Source: an uncultured archaeon (GTDB lineage: Archaea; Asgardarchaeota; Lokiarchaeia; Sigyniarchaeales; SOKP01). Taken from it: DNA of 39,678 bases. Made by a program: the position numbers and the translations under genes. The notes beneath the pieces are model-generated. The model made no database searches and had not been told where the DNA came from. It saw nothing but the letters and a program-made list of their open reading frames with translations. The stretch is taken from assembly GCA_964583985.1 (NCBI GenBank), contig CAZOYD010000030.1, positions 1 to 39,678 of the forward strand, written 5' to 3'. Position 1 is the first letter of the stretch. The number at the start of each line of letters is the position of its first letter. Of this stretch, positions 37,403 through 39,678 are shown one piece after another.

Positions 37403-38425
37403 TCATTTAAATCTAATTCTTGGATCGAGGAATCCGATTAAGAGATCAGTGATCAAATTAAAAATAATAACGGTGCAAGCAAATATAAAAATTAATGCGT
37501 TAAATACGGAATAGTCAAAACTTAAGACGGCCTGTCTAAAAAGGTACCCTATACCAATAAAATGATAGGCTACTTCCACAGCAACCATTCCACCCATAAT
37601 TATTGGAAATCCCATCCCTGAAATCGTGATTACAGGAGGAATTGCAAGTTTCATGACATGTTTGTTAATTATCGTTCTATTTGAACATCCTTTAGCTTTT
37701 GCCGTTCTTATAAAATCCATTTGCAATATTTCAATAATGCTCGATCTCGTTTGCCTAATAATTGCGACCATTTGTAGAATTGTCATTGTCGATACTGGGA
37801 CTATTAAATGCCATAATAAATCAATGAACAAATATGTCTCGCCTGCTAATATACTATCTATTAATGGAAATCCTGTAATGAATGTTGGATCAGGATAATA
37901 TAAAGTTTTATAACCAAACAGTGGTAAAATTTTGAACGGAGTATTGACATATAACAGAACAAAAAAGATTATAATTACAAAACCGGGAATAGAGAGAATG
38001 AGATACATTAAAATTCTTATAAAATAATCACTAAAAGAATTCGCTCTTTTAGCGGTTACTTTTCCAAACATAATACCTAAAGCTATAGCAAAAAACATGC
38101 TAATAAATACAACTTCGAAAGTTCTTGGTAAATAAAAGCGGATTAAATCCCATACAGAACTATCTTTTACAATTGAATAAGAAAATCCCCAATTCCCCGA
38201 AAATAAATCACTCATATATACAAAGAATTGGTAAATAATGGGTTTATCAAGACCTAATCTAAGACGTTCCTCATAATAATCTTGCAATGTAGCTTTAGGA
38301 TTTAATCGGAGCCATACAGGATCTCCTGGCAAAGCTCGTGAAATAAAGAACGTCAGTACAACAATGCATAATAATGTAACAACTGAAAGTAAAAGTCTCC
38401 GTATGAAAAATTTTAAATAACCCAT
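37403..38425 (-). CDS. dppB: Peptide/nickel ABC transporter permease, DppB/OppB type
   Basis: FFIRRLL, LPGDP, LGLDKP, GNWGFS, DFIRTAKAKG, LDPRIR. Confidence 0.9.
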   Translation of the reverse strand: MGYLKFFIRRLLLSVVTLLCIVVLTFFISRALPGDPVWLRLNPKATLQDYYEERLRLGLDKPIIYQFFVYMSDLFSGNWGFSYSIVKDSSVWDLIRFYLPRTFEVVFISMFFAIALGIMFGKVTAKRANSFSDYFIRILMYLILSIPGFVIIIFFVLLYVNTPFKILPLFGYKTLYYPDPTFITGFPLIDSILAGETYLFIDLLWHLIVPVSTMTILQMVAIIRQTRSSIIEILQMDFIRTAKAKGCSNRTIINKHVMKLAIPPVITISGMGFPIIMGGMVAVEVAYHFIGIGYLFRQAVLSFDYSVFNALIFIFACTVIIFNLITDLLIGFLDPRIRFK

Positions 38426-38593
38426 TAAATTGGAAGGTTATTGAGTATTAAAAAATATTTCCAATAATGCCCTTTTTAGCAATACTTCAAACAATTGTGT
38501 AAAAATCACCTTATAAACACGTTATAAATAAAATAAATAAGATATGAGTATTTTTCTATTCTATATTACATATATAGGATACCTGAAAATAAA

Positions 38594-39619
38594 ATGTCTC
38601 ACCTTAAAAATGATAATCTCCAACTAGATCTTAAAAAGAAGGATAATAGCAATGAGAACAACATCGCTAAGATAATCCTTTTATGGATAGTCCATAATCT
38701 TAAATTCCTCTTTATACCTGGATATTATTTAGAAGATTTAGAAGAACGCAAAGTACAATATGAATTTCTATTTTATAAAAAACGCAAATATTATCGATTA
38801 AACTCCCCTTTATTTATCATTGGAATACTTATCATTATAATCCTTGTTACGATAGCAGTATTCCAAGATTGGATCTCACCTTATACTTATGAGGAAGTAA
38901 CTATTTATAGTGGATTGAATTTGGAAAAATTTTTCCCCCCTTCTCCTGGACACCCTTTGGGACAAACTTTTTTGGGATATGATGTTTTAGCGAGGATTAT
39001 TTTTGGAGCTAGACCCGTATTATTATTTAGTCTAGCCTCCACCTTTTTTGCAGGCTTACTAGGAATCTTCATTGGAGCTATTTCAGCATATTATGGAGGA
39101 TGGTTAGATACTATAATCATGAGGAGCATGGAAATTATTTTATCTTTTCCAGGGGTTGTTTTTGCTATTATCTTTTTAACTATCTGGGGAAGAGATTTTA
39201 TAATCTTAATAATTGTATATACCATCATAGGTATACCTTATTTTGCCCGTGTAATTAGAACTAGTGTTTTAAAAGAGAAAGAACTTCCTTATATTGCGTC
39301 AGGGAAAGTAGCAGGGGCAAAGAGTTTCAGGATAATATTTAGGCATATTATACCAAATTGTTCTCAACCTTTAATTGTTGCAGCTAGTTTTAATATTAGT
39401 AGGAATATATTGAGTTTAGCAGTATTAGGCTTTTTGAGACTTCAAGGCATTGGATGGATAGAATGGGGATATGATATTGCAATAGCAATAAATTTTCTTA
39501 CCACCGCACCTTGGGCGATATTTTATCCATGTTTAATGATTTTGTTATCAGTTTTGAGTTTTTTACTACTTGGCGATAGTTTAAGCGTTGTTAGTTCAAA
39601 GAGATTAGAGAAACTATAA
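38594..39619 (+). CDS. dppC: Peptide/nickel ABC transporter permease, DppC/OppC type
   Basis: PPSPGHPLGQ...GYDVLARIIFGAR, YYGGWLD, YIASGKVAGA...IIFRHIIPN, EWG, LLGDSL. Confidence 0.9.
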   Translation: MSHLKNDNLQLDLKKKDNSNENNIAKIILLWIVHNLKFLFIPGYYLEDLEERKVQYEFLFYKKRKYYRLNSPLFIIGILIIIILVTIAVFQDWISPYTYEEVTIYSGLNLEKFFPPSPGHPLGQTFLGYDVLARIIFGARPVLLFSLASTFFAGLLGIFIGAISAYYGGWLDTIIMRSMEIILSFPGVVFAIIFLTIWGRDFIILIIVYTIIGIPYFARVIRTSVLKEKELPYIASGKVAGAKSFRIIFRHIIPNCSQPLIVAASFNISRNILSLAVLGFLRLQGIGWIEWGYDIAIAINFLTTAPWAIFYPCLMILLSVLSFLLLGDSLSVVSSKRLEKL

Positions 39620-39678
39620 TTCAGCTATTAATAATATGTTTAATAAAAGAGAAATTTTTTTGAAAGAATCAAATAAGA

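Noticed and set aside
4118-37898. Other small overlapping ORFs in the track (e.g. 7627-7938, 10821-11090, 11721-12041, 17866-18102, 19751-19954, 24438-24701, 28051-28293, 37626-37898)
   Set aside because: They overlap stronger genes or are low-complexity AT-rich frames without recognisable features.

Overview
AT-rich archaeal chromosomal window. Its gene content (two short archaeal histones, eS8, SRP19, 20S proteasome beta subunit, JAB/MPN protein, archaeal GluRS, Hef-type helicase, MtxX, FAD-oxidoreductase/HdrD-like pair) and protein style suggest an Asgard archaeon, probably Lokiarchaeia; this is inferred, not searched. It holds about 33 protein genes, one probable clan-CD peptidase pseudogene and two tRNA genes absent from the ORF track. 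I found no CRISPR array, transposase, integrase or rRNA. Main points: (1) tRNA-Pro(GGG) has one intron and tRNA-Arg(GCG) has two, all at non-canonical positions (27/28, 17/17a, 58/59), all bounded by bulge-helix-bulge motifs, and all exactly 30 nt despite unrelated sequences. (2) A 330-aa protein reads like a stand-alone beta-COP/adaptin appendage plus zinc ribbon. (3) A ~1470-aa membrane-anchored protein combines prenyltransferase-like repeats, coiled coils and PCI-like winged helices. (4) Tandem histone genes share a 160-bp identical tract, suggesting gene conversion. (5) A molybdopterin oxidoreductase is fused to a four-His membrane domain. (6) dppB/dppC-type permeases are divergently transcribed. 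Family calls come from motif recognition by eye.
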